Positions 35,040-47,539 of a stretch of 64,000 nt of DNA are shown here, one piece after another (positions within the stretch are counted from its first letter, which is position 1; every line of letters begins with the position of its first letter). The notes under the pieces were generated by a model. It did not search any database, was not told where the DNA came from, and saw only the letters and a list, made by a program, of their open reading frames with translations. The DNA is from Piedraia hortae CBS 480.64 (Eukaryota). The position numbers were made by a program, and so were the translations under genes. Location: the NCBI GenBank assembly GCA_010093745.1, contig MU005986.1:62001-126000 (forward strand). Reading direction: 5' to 3'.

Positions 35040-36686
35040 ATGGACACGTTATTGACAGCCGACGTGGTTAAATCGCACAAAGTGCAGCGCCGTGCCAGCG
35101 TCTACAAAGATGCAATCCACGATTTGCCGGAAAAGGAAGAGCTGGCTCCGGCCCAGCTGTATTCCACGGAATCAGGACGTCTTTTCCATGCAGGACGGAT
35201 GGTCATTGCAACAGTCGGTCTCCCTGCCCGAGGCAAGACACATATGAGTGTTGCCCTAGCTCGTTATCTCCGGTGGCTCGGGGTTAAGACCCACGTGTTC
35301 CACCTAGGAGATTACAGAAGGGCTCACCTTGGTCCCAATCGCGAATTGCCTGCAGATTACTTTCATGTCAATGCTTCACAATCGTCGGTGGATTTGCGTA
35401 CCCAGATTCTTCAAAAGTGCCGTGATGACGTTTATCGCTTTCTCGACAAGGAGAACGGGCAGATTGCCATCTACGATGCCGTAAACCCCGTTGCCGTTGG
35501 ACGCAGGAACCTGGCAGCAGAGTTTGAGAAGAAAGGCATCAATGTACTCTTCATCGAATCATACTGCACCGATGAGGCAATAATTGAAGAAAACGTGCGT
35601 AATATCAAAATCAGCTCACCAGACTATCACGGCTGGTCGCCTGAAGATGCGGTCAGAGATTACTTGCGACGAATTAATGACAGAATCCCGCACTATGAAA
35701 CCATGGAAGAGACTGAGCTCCACTATGTAAAGATGATCAACGCCGGCCAGCGTGTAATAGTGAACAATTGCGCCTTTAACTACCTGAGCCAGCGAATCGT
35801 CTTCTATCTAATGAACACACAGCTGAAGAGGCACAATACATATTTTTGTCGTGCTGGCACCACTAAGGAGGATGAAAGCTACAAGATCGATGCCAGTCTC
35901 TCTGCCGAGGGCCGGGACTACGCTCAAAAGTTGGTCGATACCTTCATCGCTCACCGCCAATCCGAACGTCAGCAGCTCATCAAAGACGGGGCTCCAGAGA
36001 GCACAGCCTTGAAGCCGCTAACAGTGTGGACATCAATGAGACGCAGAACCATTGAAACGAGCGAGTTCTTTGCCCGTCGCGGCTACTCGGTCCGTCAGCG
36101 TAGTCAAATGGTACAGATGAACCCCGGCGTGTGCGAAAAGATGAGCGAGAAGAAGATTCGCGAGCTCTACCCGGAGGAAGTGGCAAAACACGAGCGTGAT
36201 CCTTACCATCACCGCTATCCTCGTGCTGAATCCTACCATGACCTTGCCGTCCGGATGGAGCCAATCATCCTAGAGCTTGAACGCGAGCAGAACGACGTCT
36301 TGGTTATTGCCCATGACTCTGTTCTCCGCGTACTTTACGCATACCTCATGGCTTGCTCTGCCGTTGATATCCCCAGGCTTCAATTCCCGCGTGATGAAAT
36401 TGTTGAGTGAGTGTTATCATCAGAAGAATGGAGGACACAAGCTAATTGCTCTCCCAGAATCATCCCCGGGGCTTATATCAACCAGGCACGCCGCATACCC
36501 ATTCCTGGTCTGCCGCCCCGCATCATTCCCGGCAGTCCCATGGATATCAAGATGCCGGCACCACCGTCTAACGTGCCAAGTAGGGCCATGACGCCTTCGA
36601 GTGGAGCAATCACTCCGCTCGATGGGCACGGGACACCCAAGCCAAGGGCAAACAAGAACGACACACCAGAAAAGAGCACCGACTAG
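35040..36686 (+). CDS. 6-phosphofructo-2-kinase/fructose-2,6-bisphosphatase-like protein (YLR345W-type); intron 36407-36457
   Basis: 'AQLYSTESGRLFHAG', P-loop 'VGLPARGKT', 'YHHRYPRAESYHDLAVRMEPIILELER'. Confidence 0.9.
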
Positions 36687-36864
36687 CAACAAATGGGCTC
36701 CGCTATGACAAGTAACGACTTTTACGTTGACAGGTTTCCATAGACCAAATGACAAATTCAAATTCAATTAGTACTGTACATGTCACGGGAGCTAGTCTAT
36801 GGGTATAAGGTACCGGTACGCCCCCCCAAAAACATTATGCATTTCCGTGCAATCGTCTCCATCA

Positions 36865-37690
36865 TTAACGGCGTCCTCGCGGGGGCTGCTGAGGGGCCCG
36901 CGTACTGCGAGCGGGCGGGGCATTGTTGCTGCGGCTCTGGTAGGGTGGGGCGGAGGATTCTTGCATGAACCTCGCGCGCTCCTCGGCCTCATCTCCAAAG
37001 TCCTCAAACACGGTAGCTGGCGGCGGATCCCGCGGGTCGTAGATACCCGACTGGCGTTTCTTACGACGCTCTTCACGATCAACGTTGGAATATAGGCGAG
37101 CATCACGTCCGGGAGCCGACGCGGGCCGGTATTTGGAGTCTAGATGAACCTCGAGAAGGCGCAAGTTGCGTGAATTGCACTTGAAAGCCGCATCCACCAG
37201 ATCGCCGACAATGGGTATGAGGCCGACGGCAAAATCCATGAGAATGTTGAGCACCATTTTCATGCGCAAGGCCGCTGGGAGGCCACCGTCCACCTTGCAG
37301 CACTCGGCGAATACCATGTATGCCAGAGCCAGACCGATAGCGTCCCCTGCCATGGGCACCAGGCCGACGACAGAGTCCCAGCCGAAGCGGATTCCGAACA
37401 GGTTGAAGAGACACATGTCCAGGCGATATGCGCTCTTGCGCACCTTGGCCAGAATCAATGCATCGTGTTCGGGGATGTAGGCTGGAATCTGCTTCTTGAC
37501 CTTTTTCATCTTCCCGGGCCTCTTGGGGTCTTCTACCATTGCGAAGAATGGGTCCTGCGTGCATTAGCCAATGTTGGGCGGTCGTGTAGCTCAGACTTAC
37601 GATTCCAGTGTCGACCTTCTTGTCCGCATACCGCTTCATTTGAGAGCCCAGTAGCTTCTGAGCCGCATATTTGCCCACTACTCCTGCCAT
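36865..37690 (-). CDS. DUF4112 family membrane protein; intron 37555-37600
   Basis: 'AYRLDMCLFNLFGIRFGWDSVVGLVPMAGD', 'VGLIPIVGDLVDAAFKCNSRNLRLLE'. Confidence 0.88.
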
Positions 37691-38138
37691 GTTGTGTGTG
37701 TATGTGTTGTTTTGGGATATGTTCCGGGGGCCCAGGTCGGACGATAAAGACCTTTGTTGCTTTGCCGCGCGGCTATTTGGACGGTGGTTACAGGGTGCTT
37801 ACGGCGGATCAGGAACCAATTAAGAACTAAGAAGTTGCGCTGTCGAGCTGGGAGAAGGAAGAGGTTCGTGACAAGCGCTTCATGCACGAAACAAAGTGAC
37901 TGGGACCGTCCAACCTTTCTGCGACAATGACATAATGCGGCGAAAGGTGGCTGACGGTGACGGTGGCGGTGCATGTCACTGTGGCGGTGCAACACGCATG
38001 ACGCGCACGTGATGCGGTCGGACCGCGACGGGATCAGCCGATGGACGACACCTCCAATGAGCGTTGTCAGCGACCACATTCAGGACTCATCAAGGACGGC
38101 GGTGTGATCTCCCACCAGAAAGCAAGAAACAGACAAGC

Positions 38139-39839
38139 ATGAGGTCCGGCTATGGGGGTCTCCTCCTCCTCAACCTGGCGGCATTGAGCCAGGCTGTGGA
38201 AATGCAGATATCGACCAAAGATTACCAAAAATGCAGCGGCATGTACAGCCGCAGAGCTTGGGGCGGTCGAATTGATCCGTTCATTCTCACAAAATTTACC
38301 GCGCCGCCTGCCGCAGGCATTCCAAAGGAGCAAGATCCCGTGGTGAGCATGCTCATCTTCGAGTGGGGTGATCGAAATTCGATTCAGCTTGATGATCTTG
38401 GAAACGCAATGCTGTGCGATAAGCATGCCGTGGACACCAAACTTTGTTCGGACAAGGAGCTCGGGAACTTCATATTGGCCGAGAATGCGACAGAGGCTAG
38501 TCGGAATGAGATGTTGACTCAACCAATCCATCTGAAAAGCCCTCCAGCTGTTCGATATGCCGTTCAAAAAACGGGCTATTATTGCATCGTCACTTCGCCG
38601 TTCGAGGACCCCAACCTGGAGTTCAAGGCAGTGGCAGAATTCCGCAACTCGTTTGGCGAGCTTCCGGCTGCTCAGATTCCAAAGTTACCATTCTATGCAG
38701 CCTCCATGATGGTCTACACCTTTCTGGCCGTGGCATGGGCTGTTTTGTACTACCTTCATCGGCACGACATCTTGCCCGTCCAAAACTACATCACTGCCAT
38801 TCTCTTCTTCCTCGTCATTGAAATGTTTATGACTTGGCTCTTTTACGACTACCAGAACCGTCACGGCATGACGATGGGCGCAAAGGCCCTTCTTGGAGCT
38901 GTCTCTGTGCTCAATGCTGCTCGCGTCAGCTTTTCGCTGTTTTTGCTTCTTGTCGTCTGTCTCGGTTATGGCGTTATCAAGCCATCTCTGGGAAAAACAA
39001 TGACCTATGTTCGCATCTTAGCCGCGGCCCATTTTGTTTTTGGCGTCATCTATGCCATTGCTTCGTTAACCATTACGCCCGAGGATGCGGGCCTCATAGC
39101 CCTTCTTGTAGTCCTCCCTCTCACGGCGACCCTGACAATCTTTTACGTCTGGACGCTTAATTCTCTTAGCCACACGCTGAAAGATCTTGCGCTGCGCAAA
39201 CAGACGGTAAAAGCTGGCATGTACCGCAAGCTTTGGTGGTGCATTCTATCAACGATTCTCACCATCTTCGCCTTCTTTTTCATTAACAGCCTAGAGTATG
39301 CGGGGACCAGCGGCGAGGATTTTGCTCCGGAAACTTGGCAAACGCGTTGGTTCACTCTGGATGGGTGGCTCAACCTGGTATATCTCTTCGATGTGGCATT
39401 TATCGCGTATATATGGCGACCGACTGCCAACAATCGCCGTTTTGCGATGTCAGAAGAGGTAAGTTCCCGTTACACGAGGGTGATTCTATGCTAACGATCC
39501 TAGCTTGCGCAAGAAGACGAAGGCTTTGAGATTGCCTCTATCACGGATAGTCTTGACATTGACTTGGACGACCCGGAAGCTGATGGAGGCCTGCACCATA
39601 AGCCCCCGGTATATGGCACGCAATCCTTACGCTGTGATCGCGACCAGACACGAAGAGATGCTTCACCTTTACCGGCTCCAGTGCCCAAGAAACCAGCTGC
39701 ACCAAAGTTGCCGAGGGAAAGTTTGGAGGGTGGAGAAACGATATTTGCCCTCGGCGAGGAAGATGAGCAGGATGAATACGACGAAGATCGTCAAGGCGCC
39801 GGGGAAACAGCCAGGCTGGCTGGCGAGAAGAGGGACTAA
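38139..39839 (+). CDS. PTM1: PTM1-like GOST / lung seven-transmembrane protein; intron 39459-39503
   Basis: Signal peptide, 'CSGMYSRRAWGG', 'FRNSFGELPAAQIPKLPFY', 'ILPVQNYIT', 7 TM segments, 'WRPTANNRRFAMSEE'. Confidence 0.88.
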
Positions 39840-40148
39840 CGGAACAGTTTTGTAACATTTCAACCAGACAGTCTATTCTCTCTGTAGTTTTTCTAGAAAT
39901 TGTAGTATATCGGAGTTTGGCAAACCTATTACACCCGTTTTAAGCCACAGTGGAATTCTCCGAGCGGTTGTGCATGCCAAGAAACGGGTCGAACAACCCT
40001 GCATGGATCCCGAACCGGTAATTCACAAACAACGCCCGTCGTTGCAGCGGTTCGACACCACTCTACATACGTCACCGCTACTGTGGGTGAGGGAGACGCT
40101 CAACATCTCTCCAACCACCCACCCTCACCACGAGGACCAACTACAAAC

Positions 40149-40841
40149 ATGGTGCTGGACATGCACTCTTCATGGCCCTCGTGGCGCTCTGACCGCAAGT
40201 TCGTCCCGGACCTACCGCTGGACGAGATCGAGCTCAACAGCTGGGACGACGAAGTCGTCTATACCGTGTGCTCTCACAGCACCTTTTGCCCTTCATGCGG
40301 CCGACGCGCCGCGCACAGCGATAGCATCATCATCGCTGTCGACGGTGCGTGTCGCAACAATGGCATGATCAACGTGCCGCAATACGCCTCAATCGGGGTA
40401 TACGCCAACGAATACTCAACCTACAACGTCGCCGAGCGACTCACGCCCCGGCAGGTTTCGGCCAACCTCGCGCTGACGAACCAGATGGCTGAACTCTACG
40501 CCGGAATCAGAGGCCTTGAAGTCGCCCAACAAATCCACGCGGACGAGACCACAGAGCTCACGCCGCTAAAGCAGGTCATCATCAAGTCTGATTCCATGTA
40601 CCTTGTCCGCGGCATGACGGAGTGGATCTTCAAGTGGCTGGCGAATGGGTGGGTGAATGCCAAGGGCGCGAGGGTTGTGAACTGGAAGTTGTTTGCGAGG
40701 TTGGACGAGTTGGTCAAGCAGTTGAATGGTCGGGGCGTAGAGGTCTTGTTCTGGTTGGTGCCCCGGGAATACAATGCGGAGGCCGATGCCCTAGCCAACC
40801 AAGCGTTGGATGATACCCTTGGGTACTATTCCTATTACTGA
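40149..40841 (+). CDS. Ribonuclease HI-like protein
   Basis: Catalytic D-E-D-D set: 'AVDGACRNNG', 'TNQMAELYA', 'IKSDSMYLV', 'YNAEADALA'. Confidence 0.85.
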   Translation: MVLDMHSSWPSWRSDRKFVPDLPLDEIELNSWDDEVVYTVCSHSTFCPSCGRRAAHSDSIIIAVDGACRNNGMINVPQYASIGVYANEYSTYNVAERLTPRQVSANLALTNQMAELYAGIRGLEVAQQIHADETTELTPLKQVIIKSDSMYLVRGMTEWIFKWLANGWVNAKGARVVNWKLFARLDELVKQLNGRGVEVLFWLVPREYNAEADALANQALDDTLGYYSYY

Positions 40842-40996
40842 TTGGGGCGATGGTGTTCGGCTTTGAGCGATAGAGATACCCTTTTTGCATAGCTTTCTCG
40901 CTGTCCGATTACGTCACGTTTTGACTTCCATCTGAGGGGAACTACCCAGATGGGTATATATATCTACCTACGTAGAGCTAGGTAGGCAGATGAAAT

Positions 40997-42757
40997 ATGT
41001 CGACGAAACACTTTTCCAACTCCCCTGACGCTCTCGTCCTCTCCGCTCTACGAGCAGTCACGTTCACGAACCCCAATACCGCGTTCGACGAGCGTAACAA
41101 AACCATCTACATCCGTCCCGACGCCGTGCGGGGAAAGCAAGTCTCCATTGTCACAGGCGGAGGAAGCGGCCACGAACCGTCATTTGCGTCCTATGTTGGT
41201 CCGGGACTCCTCTCGGCCGCTGTAGCGGGCACTATTTTCGCCTCACCCAGCGCCGAACAGATTCGGAGATGTCTCTTGGAGAAGGTCGACCCTTCGGTCG
41301 GCGTGCTCGTCATCGTCATGAACTATACGGGCGACGTCTTGAACTTTGGCATGGCTGTTGAGAAAGCCAAAGCAGCTGGGGTGCGTGTGGAAATGGTTGT
41401 TGTGGGCGATGATGTTGGTGTGGGTAGACGCAAGGGCGGTAAGGTCGGGAGGAGAGGTATCGCCGGTGCGGTTCTCGTACAGAAGATTGTTGGCGCCCTG
41501 GCTGCCACTGGTGCCTCGTTGGAGGATGTGCACAAGCTTGCGTGCGCGATCGCAGAGAATGTGGTGTCAATTGGATGCTCGCTTGACCATGTGCATGTCC
41601 CAGGGCGTTCAATGGATGTGGCGGCTTCGCTGGCACAGGGCGAGGTTGAGATTGGGATGGGGATTCATAATGAGCCCGGCACAGAGAGGATTAAGGCCGA
41701 CTTGCCGGGGGTTGTGGAGGTTATGCTCAAATATATGCTGGATCAAGAAGATAAGGATCGGGCGTTTGTGGACATTCGAAAGGGGGAGAAGGATACTGTG
41801 CTTTTGGTCAACAACCTGGGAGGCGTCAGTCCCTTGGAGATGGGTGCCATCACGCAAGAAGTGGCATCCCAATTGTCCAGCACATATGCTATTGAGCCCG
41901 CTCGCATCCTCTCGGGAACATTTATGACGTCCCTTAACGGCTTGGGGTTCTCCATCTCTCTACTCAAAGTAGCAGATACAGATGTGGGGAAATCCATGCT
42001 GGAGCTTTTGGACGCACCGGCAGATTGCACGGGTTGGTCAGCTCCGATTCAGAGTAAAACTTGGTCAAGTCGGCCTAATCAAACTAGGGAGGGCTCTAGT
42101 AGCCTCGACGGCCAGAATCAGCCCTGCGGCCTGGATTTGGACCTCACACAAGCGACCGGGGCTTTGAGAAACGGCCTCGAAAGGGTAATCAAATCCGAAC
42201 CAGAGACCACCCGCTACGATACAGTCGTCGGCGATGGTGACTGTGGGGTTGGCTTGAAGCGTGGGGCTGAAGCCATCCTTCAGCTCCTCGACAATGGGAA
42301 TATGCCGAAAGACGCTGCACTCTTTCTAGACCAGATAATCGGCGTTGTAGAAATGACGATGGACGGAACCTCTGGTGCTCTTTACGCCATTTTCTTGAAC
42401 GCTTTGGCCCGAGGTCTTCGAGATCAGAGCGGAACCCAGCAAAAGCCAGCAAATAGCAAAGTCTGGGCGGAAGCGTTGGACACAGCCATGGAAAGCATGA
42501 GCCGGTACACGCCGGCCAAACCGGGTGATCGAACGCTTGTGGATGCCCTGGCTCCTTTTGTGGAGCTGTTGAATCAGAGTGGAGACGTTAGAAAGGCAGC
42601 CCAAGCTGCGGAGAAGGGTGCAACAGACACGAAGGGCATGAAGGCCAGTCTTGGCCGCTCCGTATATGTTGGTGGAGAAGGATTCGAGGAAGTTCCTGAT
42701 CCAGGCGCTTACGGCTTGGCCCAGTTCTTGATAGGGCTAACAGAAGGATTGAATTGA
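40997..42757 (+). CDS. DAK1: Dihydroxyacetone kinase (DhaK+DhaL)
   Basis: 'GGGSGHEP', 'NYTGDVLNFG', 'GRRGIAG', 'GMGIHNEPG', 'GDGDCG', 'GDRTLVDAL', 'PDPGA'. Confidence 0.97.
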   Translation: MSTKHFSNSPDALVLSALRAVTFTNPNTAFDERNKTIYIRPDAVRGKQVSIVTGGGSGHEPSFASYVGPGLLSAAVAGTIFASPSAEQIRRCLLEKVDPSVGVLVIVMNYTGDVLNFGMAVEKAKAAGVRVEMVVVGDDVGVGRRKGGKVGRRGIAGAVLVQKIVGALAATGASLEDVHKLACAIAENVVSIGCSLDHVHVPGRSMDVAASLAQGEVEIGMGIHNEPGTERIKADLPGVVEVMLKYMLDQEDKDRAFVDIRKGEKDTVLLVNNLGGVSPLEMGAITQEVASQLSSTYAIEPARILSGTFMTSLNGLGFSISLLKVADTDVGKSMLELLDAPADCTGWSAPIQSKTWSSRPNQTREGSSSLDGQNQPCGLDLDLTQATGALRNGLERVIKSEPETTRYDTVVGDGDCGVGLKRGAEAILQLLDNGNMPKDAALFLDQIIGVVEMTMDGTSGALYAIFLNALARGLRDQSGTQQKPANSKVWAEALDTAMESMSRYTPAKPGDRTLVDALAPFVELLNQSGDVRKAAQAAEKGATDTKGMKASLGRSVYVGGEGFEEVPDPGAYGLAQFLIGLTEGLN

Positions 42758-42895
42758 CGAGATCGGGCCATGAAATGATGAGGCTGAGACAAAATGGGAG
42801 ATTAGCGTGATCTTTGTGTACATATTCATGGCATACCTATAGCAGCTCCAACGCCTGTTAACACAATTCGCTTCACGAACTTATCGCCCGCTCCC

Positions 42896-43302
42896 TCAGC
42901 TCAACAACACCAGAATCACAGAGTCTCCGCGCAAGAACATTTTGCTGATGAATCTGTCCTTGTTGACCGGTCTGCCCTTCTTTCCATCCGCCAGTTTCGG
43001 TGTCTCCGTCCACGCTTCCCTCACGTTCTCCAGCACCATGTTACAATGACGATCGAATGCTTTTACGCGCGCCAGCAGTTTGCGGTTGTTGCGACAAGAG
43101 ATGAGGACTTGGCTGTGATTGCGTACGGCAGACTGGAGCAGCGACAGAGGGCCGGAGTTGAATTCGTGCTGCTCCAACTGCGACAGTTCATACTCGGTCA
43201 ATTCGGAGCGGGGCTTGCCCTGGAGTTCTCTGCAACAAGGTCAGTGAATGCCTGGGCGCGTGGGGTTGGTCAGACGTACTGGATCTTCTCATTAGACGCC
43301 AT
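42896..43302 (-). CDS. SMD2: snRNP Sm D2; intron 43230-43279
   Basis: 'GPLSLL..AV....[30 protein letters not shown]', '[18 protein letters not shown]'. Confidence 0.97.
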
Positions 43303-43609
43303 TGTGGTAGTAGCTGTGGCGCTTAAACGTGCAGACGTACTGTTCTTCAAGACAAAGGCAAGGCCTGTCGTGGAAATATGCTATGGACGTTATTTTAGCG
43401 ACGGACCTGTCTCGGGAAGGCACGGAAAACTTCCGCTCACACACCCAGAATTTGCGCCCCACATATGTAGTGCACTTCAAATTTCCGAACATTCCACTGG
43501 CACAAGTGAATCTTGCGGCCTACATATCCCACTTCAAATTTCTGGTACGACGTGAAATAACCAAAACGCTGCACGCTTCAGCATGTCTTCGCTGCCACCA
43601 CCGGAGCCA

Positions 43610-43960
43610 AGAGAGCTGGAATCAGCCGAGACATAGGAATACATCGGATCTACCCCAGCCACAACTCAAAATCTATATGCTCAATGGTGTGGGCTAAGCG
43701 AGGAAGATCGCCAATCTGTGGGCTTCTTCAAGTTCAGCTAGAGCTCTGCACAACGAGATTTGTTATCTCCGCGATGGCCCGGACGTTGACTGGACCGAGG
43801 CCCTGAAGAGGATTGGGATCCGCGACGATATGGTCAACGGCATCATGGACCCGGAGTATGAAGACATCGGGAAAACCCAGCCTACGATATTGTGGGTACG
43901 AGAGTCCACGGAAGCAAGCTTCAGCTATCCTAAGTACAGGAAGTTGCAGATGGAAGGTCG
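43610..43960 (+). pseudogene. Relic of an uncharacterised fungal gene family (copy 1)
   Basis: 'ESAET*EYIGSTP...WTEALKRIGIRDDMVNGIMDPEYEDIGKT..ILWVRES' is similar to 47540-48603. Confidence 0.55.
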
Positions 43961-45129
43961 GCGCATTCGTGCCTTCACGCCCAATATGCTGACTCTTGTT
44001 CCCAGGACCAAAATACAGGCTGTGGGAGTGGTTCATGGCCAATCATGCTTGAGCGCCACACTCGAGGACCGTCTCCAAATATGAACCCTTAATAGCCTAG
44101 ACTTGGTGCGCGATTAAAGTGCACCCCCTATATCCCCCAAACTCTCTATACAATGCGCTCCTCAAACTGTCTTTACCGCTACCTTCTGATACGCCACACA
44201 CTTCCGCACCCTCTGCCATGTTGAAGGCTCCCCTTCCCCCAGTTCTCTTCTTCGAAACATGCTGTAGTTCGGCGGGCGATTCAAGCTCACCACCGCTAAT
44301 GGTACCTAAGAAAATGTGAACTCCCATCATCAATGCAGAGAGCGAATACTGCTTATGCCGTGATGGCCTGCTGCACAATGGCAGTGGGAATCGTTTGGTT
44401 TCGATGGGGAATATCTCAACATACTCTAGGAGTAGCAGCTTGAATGCCACCGATGAGCCAAGTCCTGTCAAGCGGGCGCTCCTTCGAGTGCTGACGCCCG
44501 ATGAAGGCAGGTAGAGTTGTTGAGGCTCTGCAGGCGCCCAAATCGTTTGAATTCATGAGCTCAACCGCTGTTATAGATCGGAACATTTTTACTCAGTGGC
44601 CTTACCTTGCTGAAGAAGTATGGAATTTTGTGAACTTGTTCGGGTTTGTCTAAGATCACCTTTACAATAAGACCCAGTCACAGGGTACCACTTCGGAGCA
44701 AAGGAATGGAGGCTTAGGCACAATGCTCCAGTCAACAAGGTGAAGCTGGACCAGGCACGCCAGCATCTTTCAAGGCTGGACATCTTGAATCCACTTGAGA
44801 TCCCTCTGACCGCGATCGCTCCTCCGCCGTTGCCATTCTGGGCTGCGTCGATTGAAGCGCGGCGATGCCCCCGTTAAATGTCCCTCAGCCGCGCGATGAT
44901 GCAGAGACACACTCAGAAGGTACATGAGTCGACGCCAGAGGGGATAATTGTGCAATCCTTCGTAGGAAGCAATCGCATACTCGGTAATTTTAGGTCTTGA
45001 TGTGATGCCTTTGCAAAGCGCTCACCACTGGTACGACTCTTTAGCACCATCGACCACTGAGCGGGAAACCAAGTACAATGCTCCGAGGACCACAATCGGT
45101 GCTGTGTCTGACTCTGTGGTGAGGGAGGA

Positions 45130-45150
45130 NNNNNNNNNNNNNNNNNNNNN
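45130..45150. other. Assembly gap (N run), followed by a purine-rich low-complexity tract (~45186-45230)
   Basis: Directly visible. Confidence 0.99.
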
Positions 45151-46908
45151 TTGCTTGGTGTCCACAATACTTAGCTATCCCACTCAAAAAAAAAAAGAAA
45201 AGAAAAGAAAAGGAAAGAAAAGGAAAGACTCAAGTGGTGAAAGGGATGCGCAGGAAGATCATATCTCTCGCATGTGGTGGGCGAAGCAACCTCTTTCCAA
45301 GCGGCTCGGTTCCTCGAATTCATGACGGCCATAAACACAAGGACTTTCCTTCGGCGACCGACAGAAGGTTCGGATCCGATCATCCTTGGAAGCAGGTGTT
45401 GAGCGGTGATAAGGTCTGGTGACGCCGGCATCTTGTTCGTGCGTTCTTGCAAGATGTGCCCGTGAACTCATCAATGGTTGGGCAAGGCCAAAACTTTTCG
45501 CCAAGTTAGCAGTCAAATCTTTCTGAGAAACGATGGGGCCACCAAGATCTAGAATGGCGTCCTGGACATCGTGATGGATGATTTGAAGTCGTTCCGGCAG
45601 GTTTCCGACGGACTCAAGGACGGATCCTACGTTTAGACTCAGCGAAGTACACAGCACGGTTCGCTGTCCCAACATGGAGAGATCTCCTGAATCTAGTCCG
45701 TGGGCTCCTGGGCGACGATGTCCTGAGACCGAGTTGGCCAAATAAGGAACCGGTCGCTGAGGTAGTGGACCTTGGTCCGACTTTTGGATTTCGGTCGCGT
45801 CAATCTTGCGTTTTTCAAGGCTTGTAACTCTCATCGTTGGTTGCATCAAGCAACACATTTGATAGAAAGGGAAGAAGGTAAATTGAAGCAAACTTGCCAC
45901 ACAGCAGCTTACCTGCGCGTCGATCGGAGAGACCAACAATACCAAATAGGGCGACAAGCGCAACAGGGATGTCTTCCGGGCAGGCATAGAGGCCTGAATT
46001 TTCCAGAGTTAGTGACACGAGGTTAGCGACGGAGGAGAACGGAAAGGGCATGGAAGGGCAAGTTTTCGTTTGTAAAGGCGGCCCTTGTTTGATGGAAACC
46101 ATCAAGGCAAACGACTACTTCCAAATCCTCTACAAAGCGTGAACTATTTGCTCTTTCACACACTGGGAGCACTGTCCTGTGGTGGTCTTACAAACAGATT
46201 CAGATCCGGCATGGATCAAAATCCCCCTTAAATGTTCGGCGACGCGAACGGGACTGCGAGCGCCGTAAGGCACATTTTGAGGTCATCCCAGCATAGTAAA
46301 TATAGAAAATCTATCGCGTAGTATCTCCTCGGGACCAGGAAAAAGAGCTTTGCAGCTTTACTATCAGATGAAGTTGAAGCCCTTCGTGCGGAACGTGTGT
46401 AGATCTTTCTTCACTACCTAAAGCTCACCAACCAAGCACGCTTTTTGAAGCCGCCTACACGCTAAAGCTGACGCAGAGGACTCCACCTCGACCATTAGGG
46501 TCTGGAAACAAGTTTGGTATGAGGTGTTATTCAATCATATATGTTAAATTCACAACGAACAGAAAAAAAGGCTCCGTGTCAGGATCTCAGTCCCAGTTCC
46601 AGTCACGAGGATTCGGCACAGCCCGTGAGTCCTACAACACCGAAACAGTTGCCCTTTTGGACATGACGCGTTGGTCTAGTCTTTTAGGCAGTATAGAGTA
46701 GCGCCCACCGCATAGCTCCGTCCCTTGTGCCCCCCGGCCTCTCGGGCCTGACACTCCGCAAGACAAATTATTTTTAAATCGAGCGGGGTCAAAAAATATA
46801 GAATGCCTTCACGCTCTTCGACATTTTTTTAATGGCGAAAATTCTTGTTCTGTGAAGTGACGGTCAATGTGGGGCCGCCCGCCCCACCCTAACCCCGCTG
46901 TTATATTC

Positions 46909-46925
46909 AAACACACACACACACG
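46909..46925. repeat. (AC)n microsatellite
   Basis: acacacacacacac run. Confidence 0.8.
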
Positions 46926-47539
46926 CGCACAAAACACCCACTCCAACCCACATTGATTACCTCCCTCCAAACCTGATCTTTCATCCATTTGTTCAGGCCG
47001 CTCCCACCCTTATCTACGACGTTCCCATTTTTACAGAAAAATGGATTGCGATAACTTTGTTATGTGCGGTGTGAGTCAGAACGGTGCGCTTGGAGGATGC
47101 GACTGACACGCGACGGGAAGCGACGGTTATGCAACCAAGGTCTCATGTCCAAGACGTTTGAACAGCCCCGTCGTGGAACCATTTAGATTTAATCTAGACG
47201 ACGCACAATCAAAGGGAGAGTAATCGTATCCCCACGCACTTCGATACGTCCTCATCACCACCGCCTGCTGTACCACATCATTATTTGCGACCTACTACAC
47301 GGGAACCTCACATCGGCAGTGGAAGGTTCAAAGAGCTTACTGTCCTATCATCAATTTACAATATGATTTTCGCCGGCGTCGCCATGGACTGAAGTCTCCG
47401 ATAACTGTCAAGCGCAAGTTTCAGGACCAGAAGAGCTCCTCATAGCAAAATGTTGAGCAAAACCCTATCAAGCGTGGGCATTTACAAGATCCCACGCCTG
47501 ATCTCAATGTCGATGAGTTCATTGGGATAACAAAGGACC

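Noticed and set aside
40909..40939. CRE-like TTACGTCA and STRE AGGGG upstream of DAK1
   Set aside because: Biologically plausible, but single short motifs occur readily by chance.
45259..45987. 242-aa minus-strand ORF next to the gap
   Set aside because: No recognisable motif; cannot be supported without a search.
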